Assembly (NCBI GenBank): GCA_964594665.1
Contig: CAZQNY010000005.1
Location: 1-61,259, forward strand
From: an uncultured Bacteroidales bacterium
Lineage (GTDB): Bacteria > Bacteroidota > Bacteroidia > Bacteroidales > BM520
DNA: 61,259 nucleotides
Reading direction: 5' to 3'
Part shown: piece after piece, positions 17,434 to 26,779 of the stretch
Layout: the number at the start of each line of letters is the position of its first letter
Position numbering within the stretch: position 1 is the stretch's first letter
Position numbers and translations under genes: made by a program
Notes under the pieces: model-generated
Database searches by the model: none
Told to the model about the DNA's origin: nothing
What the model saw: only the letters and a program-made list of their open reading frames with translations

Positions 17434-18237
17434 TTAGGTGTATAAATAGCATCTTTTTGTGAAACCGATTAATGCCGAAAGGGTTTTTTGCGGTTGTTCC
17501 ACAAAGCCCATATGACCTGTGTTATCGAGAATCAGGGATTCGCTGTGGGGCGGTAAAATCATCTGCGCCAAGGTTTTATCCAATGGAATACGTGAATCCT
17601 GCTTGCCGGCAATAAAGAGCACCGGAAAGTCTACAGCAGTTAGCAGCCCGACTGAAGATTGCCTGCTTCTCATTCCCAAAAGTGCTGCTGTCACTCCCTC
17701 TGTTGTGGTCTTTCGGCTCTCTTCCTGCATCGTTGCAATGGTTTCTGCCAATCGGACTTTATTGACCGGAGAGAATAAATCCGGAACAAAGGATGTGATA
17801 AATCCCAAACGATTCTCCTGAACGATTTTTACGGTGCGTAAACGATTCTGTTTTACCTCTTCACTGTCGGCAGAGGCATGTGAATGGAATAAAACCAGGC
17901 CTTTAAGCATCTCCGGATAATTTTTTGCAAAGGCCAGCGTTACATAACCGCCCATGCTATGACCACATAGTACTGTTTCCTGAATGCCCTCGTTATCAAG
18001 GATGACTTTTACCATGGAGGCCATGAAATCCATAGTGTGCTCATCACCAAAAACAGATGTGTCGCCATGTCCCGGAAGATCAGGACAAATAACCGTGTGG
18101 TATTCAGCCAGCTTATTCTGAAATTCAGCCCAGACGCCGGATGATTCAAGAAATCCATGCAGTAATACCAGCGCAGTACCCGATCCTTTTACCGTGTATG
18201 CCAGGGATCCACCGTTTATTGCCAGTGTTTTTTTCAT
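17434..18237 (-). CDS. Alpha/beta hydrolase
   Basis: LLHGFLES, DLPGHG, GHSMGG nucleophile elbow and TGHMG; start moved to MKKTL at 18237. Confidence 0.9.
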   Translation of the reverse strand: MKKTLAINGGSLAYTVKGSGTALVLLHGFLESSGVWAEFQNKLAEYHTVICPDLPGHGDTSVFGDEHTMDFMASMVKVILDNEGIQETVLCGHSMGGYVTLAFAKNYPEMLKGLVLFHSHASADSEEVKQNRLRTVKIVQENRLGFITSFVPDLFSPVNKVRLAETIATMQEESRKTTTEGVTAALLGMRSRQSSVGLLTAVDFPVLFIAGKQDSRIPLDKTLAQMILPPHSESLILDNTGHMGFVEQPQKTLSALIGFTKRCYLYT

Positions 18238-18497
18238 ATACTTTTTTTTACAAAGATAATGAGCCGGATGATTTTTGCATTTATACGTGATTGTTTTTTC
18301 TGTAAAACTGATTATTTGCATTCCTGTATATGCCTCGTTTCGAATAATGGCGCACTTTATAAAATTGCAAACGTTTGCATTTTTTAATCATAAATATGTT
18401 CCTCTTTAACCGTGAATTTGCAATCTTTGTACTGTATATGGATGTTGAAAAACTAAAGTATGCTTCGGTTTGTTTGTAACTATAAAATACTATAAAA

Positions 18498-20024
18498 ATG
18501 AGTGATTTAAAAAGAAAAGCCCTGCTGATGATCCTTGATGGATGGGGACAGGGCGATGGCAGTGAGTCGGATGTGATAGCAAATACTCCAACACCCAATA
18601 TCGATGCCCTGCAGGCAAAATATCCACATAATACATTGCTTACAAGCGGTGAAAATGTAGGGCTCCCTGATGGCCAGATGGGGAATTCCGAGGTGGGCCA
18701 CCTGAATATCGGCGCAGGAAGAATTGTATATCAGGATCTGGTGAAGATTAACCGTGCTTGTGACGATAATTCCATTTCCGGTAATCCGGTGTTGAAAGAA
18801 GCTTTCCAATATGCTGCTGATAATGATAAAGCCGTTCACTTTCTTGGCCTTGTCTCCGATGGTGGTGTCCATTCGATGGATACACATCTGTATAAGCTGT
18901 GTGATTTAACTATGGATTATGGCCTGGATAAAGTCTATATCCATGCACTGACAGATGGCCGTGATACAGACCCACAGTCAGGGCTGGGGTATGTTGAGAA
19001 CCTTGAAAAACACCTCGAACATTCTAACGGTGTTATCGCTTCGCTTACCGGTAGGTATTATACCATGGATCGTGACAAACGATGGGAACGCGTTAGGGAA
19101 GGATATGATGCTCTTGTAAACGGCAAAGGTAAAAAGGTAACTTCCGTCACTGATGCCATTCGACAGTCGTATGCCGATGGTCTTACGGACGAATTTATCA
19201 AGCCTGTGGTGGCTGTTGATGAGAATGGTGAGCCTCTGGCAACCATAAAACCGGATGATGTGGTAATATGTTTTAACTTCCGTACCGACAGACTCCGCCA
19301 GATTTCTATTGCCCTTACGCAACAGGATTTTCCTGAATACGACATGAAGACACTCCCCCTGCATTACCTTACCATGACACGCTATGATGACAGTTTCAAA
19401 GGTGTCAGAATTGTTTATGATAAGGAAAATGTGAAAATGACCCTGGGCGAAGTGGTCGCCAATGCCGGGTTTAAACAGCTGCGAATTGCTGAAACAGAAA
19501 AATATGCCCATGTGACATTCTTCTTTAGCGGAGGTCGTGAAAAAGAATTTGATGGCGAAAAACGGATACTTATCCCATCTCCCAAGGTAGCAACCTACGA
19601 CCTGCAGCCTGAAATGAGTGCTTTTGCTGTTAAAGATGCGATTGTCAATGAATTGAATAATAAATCTATCGACCTGGCAGTGCTGAACTTTGCCAATGGG
19701 GATATGGTGGGCCATACCGGAATATACCAGGCTATTCAAAAAGCTGTAACTACTGTTGATCAGTGTGTTGGAGAGGTTGTAGCAGCGGCAGAAGCCAATG
19801 GCTATGACGTGCTGATTATTGCTGACCACGGGAATGCCGATTTTGCGGTTAATGCTGATGGCTCACCCAACACAGCGCACACCACAAACCCGGTGCCTGT
19901 TACGCTGGTAACAAACGATTATACAAAGATCGAACAGGGTATCCTTGCTGATGTGGCTCCTACTTTACTGAAAATAATGGGAATCCCGCAGCCGGAAGAA
20001 ATGACCGGAAAACCGATGATCTGA
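18498..20024 (+). CDS. gpmI: 2,3-bisphosphoglycerate-independent phosphoglycerate mutase
   Basis: [42 protein letters not shown] and ADHGNA motifs. Confidence 0.97.
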   Translation: MSDLKRKALLMILDGWGQGDGSESDVIANTPTPNIDALQAKYPHNTLLTSGENVGLPDGQMGNSEVGHLNIGAGRIVYQDLVKINRACDDNSISGNPVLKEAFQYAADNDKAVHFLGLVSDGGVHSMDTHLYKLCDLTMDYGLDKVYIHALTDGRDTDPQSGLGYVENLEKHLEHSNGVIASLTGRYYTMDRDKRWERVREGYDALVNGKGKKVTSVTDAIRQSYADGLTDEFIKPVVAVDENGEPLATIKPDDVVICFNFRTDRLRQISIALTQQDFPEYDMKTLPLHYLTMTRYDDSFKGVRIVYDKENVKMTLGEVVANAGFKQLRIAETEKYAHVTFFFSGGREKEFDGEKRILIPSPKVATYDLQPEMSAFAVKDAIVNELNNKSIDLAVLNFANGDMVGHTGIYQAIQKAVTTVDQCVGEVVAAAEANGYDVLIIADHGNADFAVNADGSPNTAHTTNPVPVTLVTNDYTKIEQGILADVAPTLLKIMGIPQPEEMTGKPMI

Positions 20025-20032
20025 CAGTATTC

Positions 20033-21919
20033 TTAATCTTTCGGATTACTGATTTCAATATGTGAGAATTCAAGATCGGAATTTCCGTAATAATAGATCC
20101 TGAACTCCACATTTTCAACAGGCCGGATTGTCGTAAATGGAATCTCCAGCGGCGCTCCGGCTTCTGTTTTTGACATCTCCCGGGGAGTGAGCTTTATCGA
20201 TCCCAACACATTCTGACCATAATCGGCAACAATATCCAAAACCGCAATGGCTTTATCGCTGTCGCCTGCTTCGCATTTTGCATAAAAGCACGCCTTGTAA
20301 TGCCCGGCGGGCAACGTTATATACGGACCATATACAATGTGCTTGTATTCGAGCTCTGTGCTGTCGCGAAAAGCTGTTAGCAAACTGCTGTCAGACGATA
20401 TTTTGCATTTATCGTTGAATTTTAAATCCTTTAATGTCAGGGTAGTATCAAAAGGCAGCAACTCATATCGGCAAACATTGCAGTCGCCGATATTGAACTC
20501 CTCTCCGGCCTTAATCAGCGTGTTTCCGAATTGTTCTATTTGTTCAGGGAACGTTTCAAGCCACATATCTTTGATAAGATATAGGTTGGGCTGCATAAAT
20601 ACGCTGTCCACCAGAGCGGGGTTTCTGACTTCGCATTTATCGTGAGGCGTGGCTTTGATATTTTCAGGATCGACAAATGAGGAGCCATACGAATTCCAGT
20701 ATTCGCTGATAATACCAATTTTACCAAGCTCCCTGAATTCCCCAACAACCTGCGCCTTTGGTGTCAGACGCTTGGGATACACATATTTATAACCATATGG
20801 AATACTGCCTGCGCCAATGATTACAGTGAGGATGGCTAAACCAATAAGGATCTTCCGTGGCCGTTTATACTGAATCGCTTCAAGCATCATCAGATTTGCC
20901 AGCCATACAACAATGTAAACACTGACAAAATACCTGCGTGCAACACCATTAAGATACGACCAATGCGAAAGAATATTAATAAACAGAAAAGCCAGACCGT
21001 CGAGGAGAAATACCAACGCCCAGCGCCAGGAAACTTTTTTTGCACTCCCGGAAATAAACAGTGTTGCGGGAATGGCGATAAGAAGGACTACAACAAGATA
21101 GTTGTAAATCAGTAGCAGCGGGTTGGCATGATTGGGATGAAAGCCTTTTGCAATATTTCCTCCAAGAATCTTCAGACTTCCAAGTATCTCATCAGGTTTG
21201 TTTAGTAACTGTTTGTTGTATTCATAAAAATCGCTTACAACAGCAGCATTTTTCAATAATAAAATGATGATGCCACCGCAAATTATTGCAGCTGTGATAG
21301 TTATTGCAGTGGGCAAATGAATTTTTCTTTGTTGCTTTAAATGATAAAAAAGGGCTGTACCTATGATAATGGCAATGGTAACAAAGGCTGTTTCAGTAAC
21401 CCAGACTGCTGCTGTAAAGGCCAGGAACACCGGAAGGATTTCCCGGATAACGGGCCAGACACCTGATGGGGCTTTTTTCTCAAAACGAGTGATAAAGTAT
21501 AAACCAATTGCCAGTAAACTGTAATGTAAACCCAGAGAATAACGGGTAAGGCCTAAAAATGGCGAAACAGGTAGAAACCAGATAACCGCAAAAATGAGTT
21601 TTGTGCTTTTTTTATTCAGAAAGGTGGAAAACGCGAAGTAACCCAACAGTAAAAGCAGGTAGTGCGTTATGGATTCTGACCAGAGATGATTTATGTGAAA
21701 CAGCTTGTAGGGGATCTGCCCCAGCAAGGGTACAATTGATCCCACCCTGTCCTGTCCCCAGAAATAGAGATCGCGGGGAAGGGAAAAATCGTGCAACATC
21801 AGTAATATTATGCCATCATCAGCATTTAGTAAAGGATAAAAAACGGAAGAGTACATTAACCACGAGATAATAATTATGACAAGCAATATCAGATAATGCA
21901 AAATGGTTTTTCTCTTCAT
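20033..21919 (-). CDS. Multi-pass membrane protein, putative GT-C-fold glycosyltransferase with C-terminal beta-sandwich domain
   Basis: TM1 followed by LNADDG...YFWGQDRVGS, about 11-12 TM segments, soluble tail with YGPYITLPAGHYKACF; start moved to MKRKT at 21919. Confidence 0.5.
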   Translation of the reverse strand: MKRKTILHYLILLVIIIISWLMYSSVFYPLLNADDGIILLMLHDFSLPRDLYFWGQDRVGSIVPLLGQIPYKLFHINHLWSESITHYLLLLLGYFAFSTFLNKKSTKLIFAVIWFLPVSPFLGLTRYSLGLHYSLLAIGLYFITRFEKKAPSGVWPVIREILPVFLAFTAAVWVTETAFVTIAIIIGTALFYHLKQQRKIHLPTAITITAAIICGGIIILLLKNAAVVSDFYEYNKQLLNKPDEILGSLKILGGNIAKGFHPNHANPLLLIYNYLVVVLLIAIPATLFISGSAKKVSWRWALVFLLDGLAFLFINILSHWSYLNGVARRYFVSVYIVVWLANLMMLEAIQYKRPRKILIGLAILTVIIGAGSIPYGYKYVYPKRLTPKAQVVGEFRELGKIGIISEYWNSYGSSFVDPENIKATPHDKCEVRNPALVDSVFMQPNLYLIKDMWLETFPEQIEQFGNTLIKAGEEFNIGDCNVCRYELLPFDTTLTLKDLKFNDKCKISSDSSLLTAFRDSTELEYKHIVYGPYITLPAGHYKACFYAKCEAGDSDKAIAVLDIVADYGQNVLGSIKLTPREMSKTEAGAPLEIPFTTIRPVENVEFRIYYYGNSDLEFSHIEISNPKD

Positions 21920-21982
21920 CAGAATAATGATTATTGGTGTTGTAAATATGTTGTAAGCAAATGTATTGATTTTGTCGGGCAT

Positions 21983-22009
21983 AAAAAAACCGGCAGGAAT
22001 GCTGCCGGG
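21983..22009 (-). terminator. Intrinsic terminator after the RRM gene
   Basis: ccggcag/ctgccgg stem, followed by T7 on the minus strand. Confidence 0.8.
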
Positions 22010-22028
22010 TATAAAAAGTATTTCGTTT

Positions 22029-22415
22029 TTAATAACGATCTGATCTGTTGTTGTCGCGGTAGTTGTTTCTTCCACCACCGCGATGATCATCGTTGCGACG
22101 ATAATTGTCGTTTTTGCGGAATCCGCCACCGCCACCCTGACGATAACCACCGCCGCCACCGCCGCGATTATCTTCACGTGGACGAGCTTTTTTAACAATA
22201 ACTGTACTTCCCTCAAAATCTGTTTCGTTGAGTTGATCAATGGCTGCAGATGCTTCATCATCATTATCCATTTCAACAAAACCGTACTTTTTTGAATAAC
22301 CGGTCTCCCGATCCATAATTACCCTGGCACTTTTTACTTCGCCAAAGGGTTCAAATAAAGCTCTCAGGCTGTCATCGTTTGTTCCGGAGCTCAATTTTGC
22401 AATAAAAATGTTCAT
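22029..22415 (-). CDS. RRM-domain RNA-binding protein with Gly/Arg/Asp-rich tail
   Basis: RNP2 NIFIAKL, RNP1 KKYGFVEM, then VKKARPRE and a low-complexity tail. Confidence 0.93.
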   Translation of the reverse strand: MNIFIAKLSSGTNDDSLRALFEPFGEVKSARVIMDRETGYSKKYGFVEMDNDDEASAAIDQLNETDFEGSTVIVKKARPREDNRGGGGGGYRQGGGGGFRKNDNYRRNDDHRGGGRNNYRDNNRSDRY

Positions 22416-22529
22416 TCTAAAAAAAAATTAAAGTGAATAAAAGTACCGAGAGGAAAAGTGTAATAAACAGGGGTTACCACATTTACGTACATCTGCGCCC
22501 ATCGATGCAAGAACAAAAGTTTACTTAGA

Positions 22530-22537
22530 CAAATATA
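22530..22537 (-). promoter_or_regulatory. -7 element (TATATTTG) for the RRM gene
   Basis: Exact TAnnTTTG; would give a leader of about 105-110 nt. Confidence 0.45.
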
Positions 22538-22609
22538 CAATTCCCATCGTGTATTTGAACTTTTGCCCTGAATTATTTTTTTATTACTAACGTATTAATT
22601 AACAGTAAA

Positions 22610-24538
22610 TTACATAATAATCATTTTTTTTACGATCCTGAAGTCTTCATTTTGAAATACAATAAAGTGTAAACCACTGTTAAATAGTGTTTTATCTATT
22701 GTCAGATGTTTTTTATCCGACAGAGCCCGATACTCTCCAACAGGCTTCATTTGTGTAGAATAGATGATAATTTCGTTGATTATAAGGTCGTTCCATTCAA
22801 TAATGGCATTGTTAATGACCGGATTAGGTGATATTGTAATATTATTTGCTGCCTGCTGCTCTTCTATTCCGGTGATAAATACAGGTGGCCCGGCCACTAA
22901 TGAAATCTCCGGGTCGAAGAGAACCTCTTCAACGCAAAATTCCAGCGGAACTAAAAAATACTGGTTGTTGTAGGTGTTGTTAAACACTACTATTGTGTCG
23001 GCGTAACTGCTTTTAAGATGCAGCGCGACCGGCATTTCAAAGAAATCGACCGATTCGTGCGATGTTTCCTGCGACAATATTACTGAAAAGAGGGCAGAAC
23101 ACCCCGGCGTATAATTAATGGTGTAGGTAGGGTAGCCCTCGCCATAGTACCAGTCGTTAAAGAATTCCGTGAGTGAGGTGTCTGCTGCCACCTCCATAGA
23201 ATTTATAAATGAATCCATCGAGGCAAAGCCATAGTGGTGCGCTGCTTCATACAGGTAATTATTCACACCAGTGAAAAATGCCGTATCACCAATGGTCTTT
23301 CTTAGCATATGCAATACCATCGCTCCTTTGTTATACGATAACCGGGCATCGAAGATCCGGTCAATATCAGTAGTGTCTTGAACGTAAACTGACCCGCCCG
23401 GCTGTGTGATAATGTGTTCTCTCTTTTCACTTTTCCATCTCTCCCAATAATCTTTTTCCGGAAACAGACTTTCATATGCCAGCCCGCTGATATAGGTCGC
23501 AAAGCCTTCATTAAGGAATATGTCATGCCATGAATTTAACGTTACCATGTTCCCAAACCATTGATGCCCCAGTTCATGGACAAGTAGTTCGTAATTCCAG
23601 CAGCATGTTGATGTCATGGTCTGATGCTCCATTGCGCCGCCTCGGGGCCATTGCATATGACCGTATTTTTCATCGCTAAAGGGATATTCACCAAAGTAGT
23701 TTCCCAGCAGCTCAAATACTTCCGGCAGGGCAGCAGTAGTGTTCTTGGCCAGTGTCACATCTTCCGGCCATACAAGGTTATCGACTGTAAATACCGTTTG
23801 TCCTGAAGCTATCGTGTCCGAATACATCTCGTATTCTGATATGGCAAATGCAATATTGTAAGGTATCACCGGATAGCGGTGCCTCCAATGCTGCGTTCTG
23901 GTGTTGTCATCGTTTATCCGGTCGCCCACAAGCAATCCGTTGGCCCCTGAAGAATATAGTGAAGGGAAAGTGAGTATAATATCCAGAGAATCCACCTTGT
24001 CGGTGAGGCCTGTATTGCATGGCCACCAGTCGGAAGCGCCCCAGGGCTCGGCAAAGGTCGCCAAAACCGGTATGTCGTTATGGTATTCCTGAAGATAGTA
24101 CCCGTTCGCTGGTGGCGTTCCGGAATAGGTAATGGAAACAGAATATGCCACCCCCGGAGTCAGTGTCTCCGGGAAATCAACCTCCAGGTTGTAATCTTCG
24201 TGTGTATAGACCGCTCCGGGTGGTGTCGTAGCAATTTCTGTTATGTCCAGATCATCAGTAAACGACAAAACAATGCTCTGGGTCGCTGACTTAACCCTGA
24301 ACTGATGTGTTACCGTGCCCGAAATGGCTCTTTCATTCGGATCCAGAGAATAATCCATCAGTGTATGGACAATATCAAGGTTGCTGTCGCCCGATGTATT
24401 GCTCAAAATGTAATTTCCTGCATCCTGCTGAATGTGCTTTGTGAAGGTTGCATTATCAGGCTCTATCTGGGCTGAAAGGCTTAGGGATAACAGTAATGCA
24501 CTTATTGTCAGAAGATAGTTTGTTTTTATATATACCAT
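22610..24538 (-). CDS. M1 family aminopeptidase with T9SS C-terminal sorting domain
   Basis: Signal ending SLSA/Q; GAMEH, HELGHQWFG...LNEGFATY and YNKG motifs; CTD ISPNPV...GLHFIVF. Confidence 0.9.
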   Translation of the reverse strand: MVYIKTNYLLTISALLLSLSLSAQIEPDNATFTKHIQQDAGNYILSNTSGDSNLDIVHTLMDYSLDPNERAISGTVTHQFRVKSATQSIVLSFTDDLDITEIATTPPGAVYTHEDYNLEVDFPETLTPGVAYSVSITYSGTPPANGYYLQEYHNDIPVLATFAEPWGASDWWPCNTGLTDKVDSLDIILTFPSLYSSGANGLLVGDRINDDNTRTQHWRHRYPVIPYNIAFAISEYEMYSDTIASGQTVFTVDNLVWPEDVTLAKNTTAALPEVFELLGNYFGEYPFSDEKYGHMQWPRGGAMEHQTMTSTCCWNYELLVHELGHQWFGNMVTLNSWHDIFLNEGFATYISGLAYESLFPEKDYWERWKSEKREHIITQPGGSVYVQDTTDIDRIFDARLSYNKGAMVLHMLRKTIGDTAFFTGVNNYLYEAAHHYGFASMDSFINSMEVAADTSLTEFFNDWYYGEGYPTYTINYTPGCSALFSVILSQETSHESVDFFEMPVALHLKSSYADTIVVFNNTYNNQYFLVPLEFCVEEVLFDPEISLVAGPPVFITGIEEQQAANNITISPNPVINNAIIEWNDLIINEIIIYSTQMKPVGEYRALSDKKHLTIDKTLFNSGLHFIVFQNEDFRIVKKMIIM

Positions 24539-24634
24539 TTTTAATATTTCTGTGTTAATAATGTATAAACGCCGAAATTGTCGTATTGTTGGATAAATGT
24601 TTTTTATCGCCCATAGGGTAGTATATTTGCAATT

Positions 24635-26299
24635 ATGAAATATAGCCGGATAATAATAGGAATCCTTTCAGTATCAATGCTTTTTTTTGCCACCCGTTGT
24701 GCAAATGAAGTTACTCCTTCTGGTGGGCCTCGCGATGAAACGCCGCCGAAACTACTATCTTCAGAACCTGCAATGGGCTCTACAAATTTCAATGAAAAAA
24801 TTATAAAGGTCAATTTTGATGAATATCTCCAGCTTAAAAAACTTAATGAACAGATGGTGATATCTCCGCCAATGAAAGAAAAACCTGAGGTAATCCTGCG
24901 AGGTAAAACATTGGTTATCAAAATAAAAGATACCCTGCGTGAGGCGACTACCTATAATCTGTTCCTTGGTGATGCTGTTGCTGACCTTAACGAAGCAAAT
25001 ATATACCCCGGGTTCAGATATGTTTTTTCTACGGGAGACTATATAGACTCGCTTTCTGTAAAAGGTACTGTTATTGATGCTGTTTCCGGTGATCCGGTGG
25101 AGGAGGCCTGGGTGATTATGTATCCCGCCGGCCCTGACTCGCTGTTTTTTACTTCTACTCCCTATTATATCGCCAACACTGATGAAAATGGTGCTTTTGA
25201 ATTAAGCCAGCTGCGTGATACGATATACAGGATCTATGCCATTAAGGATATCAATTCAAACTATTATTTCGATCTTCCCTCGGAGCAAATAGCATTTATT
25301 GATTCCCTGATTCAACCGGGTTATATTTCCCGGCGCCCTGATTCAATACCCGACACAATTCCTTTTACACCCCTGAATACAGTGCCGCAACTTACATTAA
25401 ACCTGTATGAAGAACCTGATACCGTTCTGAAAATAATGTCGTCAGACCTGGTGGATGACTATGTGGTGGACTTTGTGTTTAATAACCCGGCAAAAGAGGT
25501 GCACTTTGTTTCTGCTGATACGTTACCGCTACCGGAGCATATTTCCCGTATCAGTGAGTTTGGAGATACCATCCGCTGGTGGATTGCTGATACCTCTTAT
25601 AAAGTTTTAAAAGTTGCTGCAATTTACGATACCCTTGTTCTGGATACGCTGAGAATCCCCACTGTTATTACTGAAAAAAAAGCAGGCCCGCCCCGTTCGC
25701 TGTTTTCGGGTAATTTGAAAAGTGGGTCACGGTTAAAACCCGAAACGGCATTTACAATTATCAGTGATCATCCGATTGCAGAAATTTCAGACCGGCAGTC
25801 AACGGTCAAATCAATATCCGACAGTTCAATGGCTGCATTTGAATTTGATGATGAATATAAAAGACATCTGAAACTTAATTATACTTTTCTTGAGGATTCA
25901 TCCTATTCACTATTGATTCCGGATAGCTCTTTTTTCGATATATATGGCAATACAAATGATACTCTGGTGTACAGGGTCTCTGTAGCCGGAAAAAAAGAAT
26001 ATGGATCTTTGGAGTTTACTTTGACATTACCCGAAACGATTGAAAATACTGTTTTATATCTTAATGATTCACGTGATAAGGTGTTGGCAAAGCGACAAAT
26101 CAAGGGCTCAGCAACTGTAACTTTCCCTTTGCTGGAACCCGGAAAATATAGTATTAGTTTATTGCTTGATGAAGATGGAAACGGAAGGTGGAGCAGCGGA
26201 ATGATTTTAAAGAATCGTCAACCTGAGCAGGTAATAAAATTCGGTAAAGAGGTGGAGATCCGCGCCAACTGGGTGGTTCAGGAATCGTGGGAGCTATAA
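24635..26299 (+). CDS. Ig-like (Big_5) domain lipoprotein with C-terminal DUF2141-like domain
   Basis: FATRCA lipobox, PSGGPRDETPP, FDEYLQL, TTYNLFLGDAVADLNE; C-terminal PGKY...DEDGNGRWSSG...PE. Confidence 0.75.
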   Translation: MKYSRIIIGILSVSMLFFATRCANEVTPSGGPRDETPPKLLSSEPAMGSTNFNEKIIKVNFDEYLQLKKLNEQMVISPPMKEKPEVILRGKTLVIKIKDTLREATTYNLFLGDAVADLNEANIYPGFRYVFSTGDYIDSLSVKGTVIDAVSGDPVEEAWVIMYPAGPDSLFFTSTPYYIANTDENGAFELSQLRDTIYRIYAIKDINSNYYFDLPSEQIAFIDSLIQPGYISRRPDSIPDTIPFTPLNTVPQLTLNLYEEPDTVLKIMSSDLVDDYVVDFVFNNPAKEVHFVSADTLPLPEHISRISEFGDTIRWWIADTSYKVLKVAAIYDTLVLDTLRIPTVITEKKAGPPRSLFSGNLKSGSRLKPETAFTIISDHPIAEISDRQSTVKSISDSSMAAFEFDDEYKRHLKLNYTFLEDSSYSLLIPDSSFFDIYGNTNDTLVYRVSVAGKKEYGSLEFTLTLPETIENTVLYLNDSRDKVLAKRQIKGSATVTFPLLEPGKYSISLLLDEDGNGRWSSGMILKNRQPEQVIKFGKEVEIRANWVVQESWEL

Positions 26300-26326
26300 A
26301 AAAAGCATACAGATTGCCCTGCATGC
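26298..26326 (-). terminator. Terminator after the ArsR gene (convergent junction)
   Basis: gcatgcag/ctgtatgc stem with one G-U pair, then a T run on the minus strand. Confidence 0.6.
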
Positions 26327-26353
26327 CCTTTTATTTAAAGTTTTCATTTAATT

Positions 26354-26656
26354 TTAGTCCATATCATTACATCTGTTGATACAGTGAATGATCTCTGTTA
26401 AGGTGTCATTCCGCAGTGAGTAGTATATTTTTTTCCCACTACGGTGGGATGAAAGAACTTTTTTGCTTTTTAGAACATTCAGATGATGCGAGGCTGCAGC
26501 TTGTTCAAGCTTTAATTCCTCATAAATCTGTGTTACATTCATTTGCTTTCCGTCTTGTAATAGCTCAATAATGGCGATCCTCATGGGATGTGCCATGGCT
26601 CTCAGCTTACTGGCTGCAGCTTCAAGCTTGTCAACGTCTAAAACCATTTTATCCAT
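26354..26656 (-). CDS. ArsR/SmtB family transcriptional regulator
   Basis: LRAMAHPMRIAIIELL, MNVTQI...LEQAAASHHLNVLK and RSGKKIYYSL. Confidence 0.92.
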   Translation of the reverse strand: MDKMVLDVDKLEAAASKLRAMAHPMRIAIIELLQDGKQMNVTQIYEELKLEQAAASHHLNVLKSKKVLSSHRSGKKIYYSLRNDTLTEIIHCINRCNDMD

Positions 26657-26779
26657 GTTACTTTTTTTTTGAGAGTTTCAAGCAGTGAGAAAAGGTAAAG
26701 TTTCTGTCTGCTGCTTTGCTACTTTCGCAGCAAAATTAAAAATATTTTAGTATTTATATAGTTATATGTTAATAATATG

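Noticed and set aside
21920-22279. 120-codon N-terminal extension of the 748-aa ORF in the track
   Set aside because: It runs through the RRM gene in another frame and across its terminator. The stop-free stretch comes from G-rich repeats, so the real start is likely 21919.
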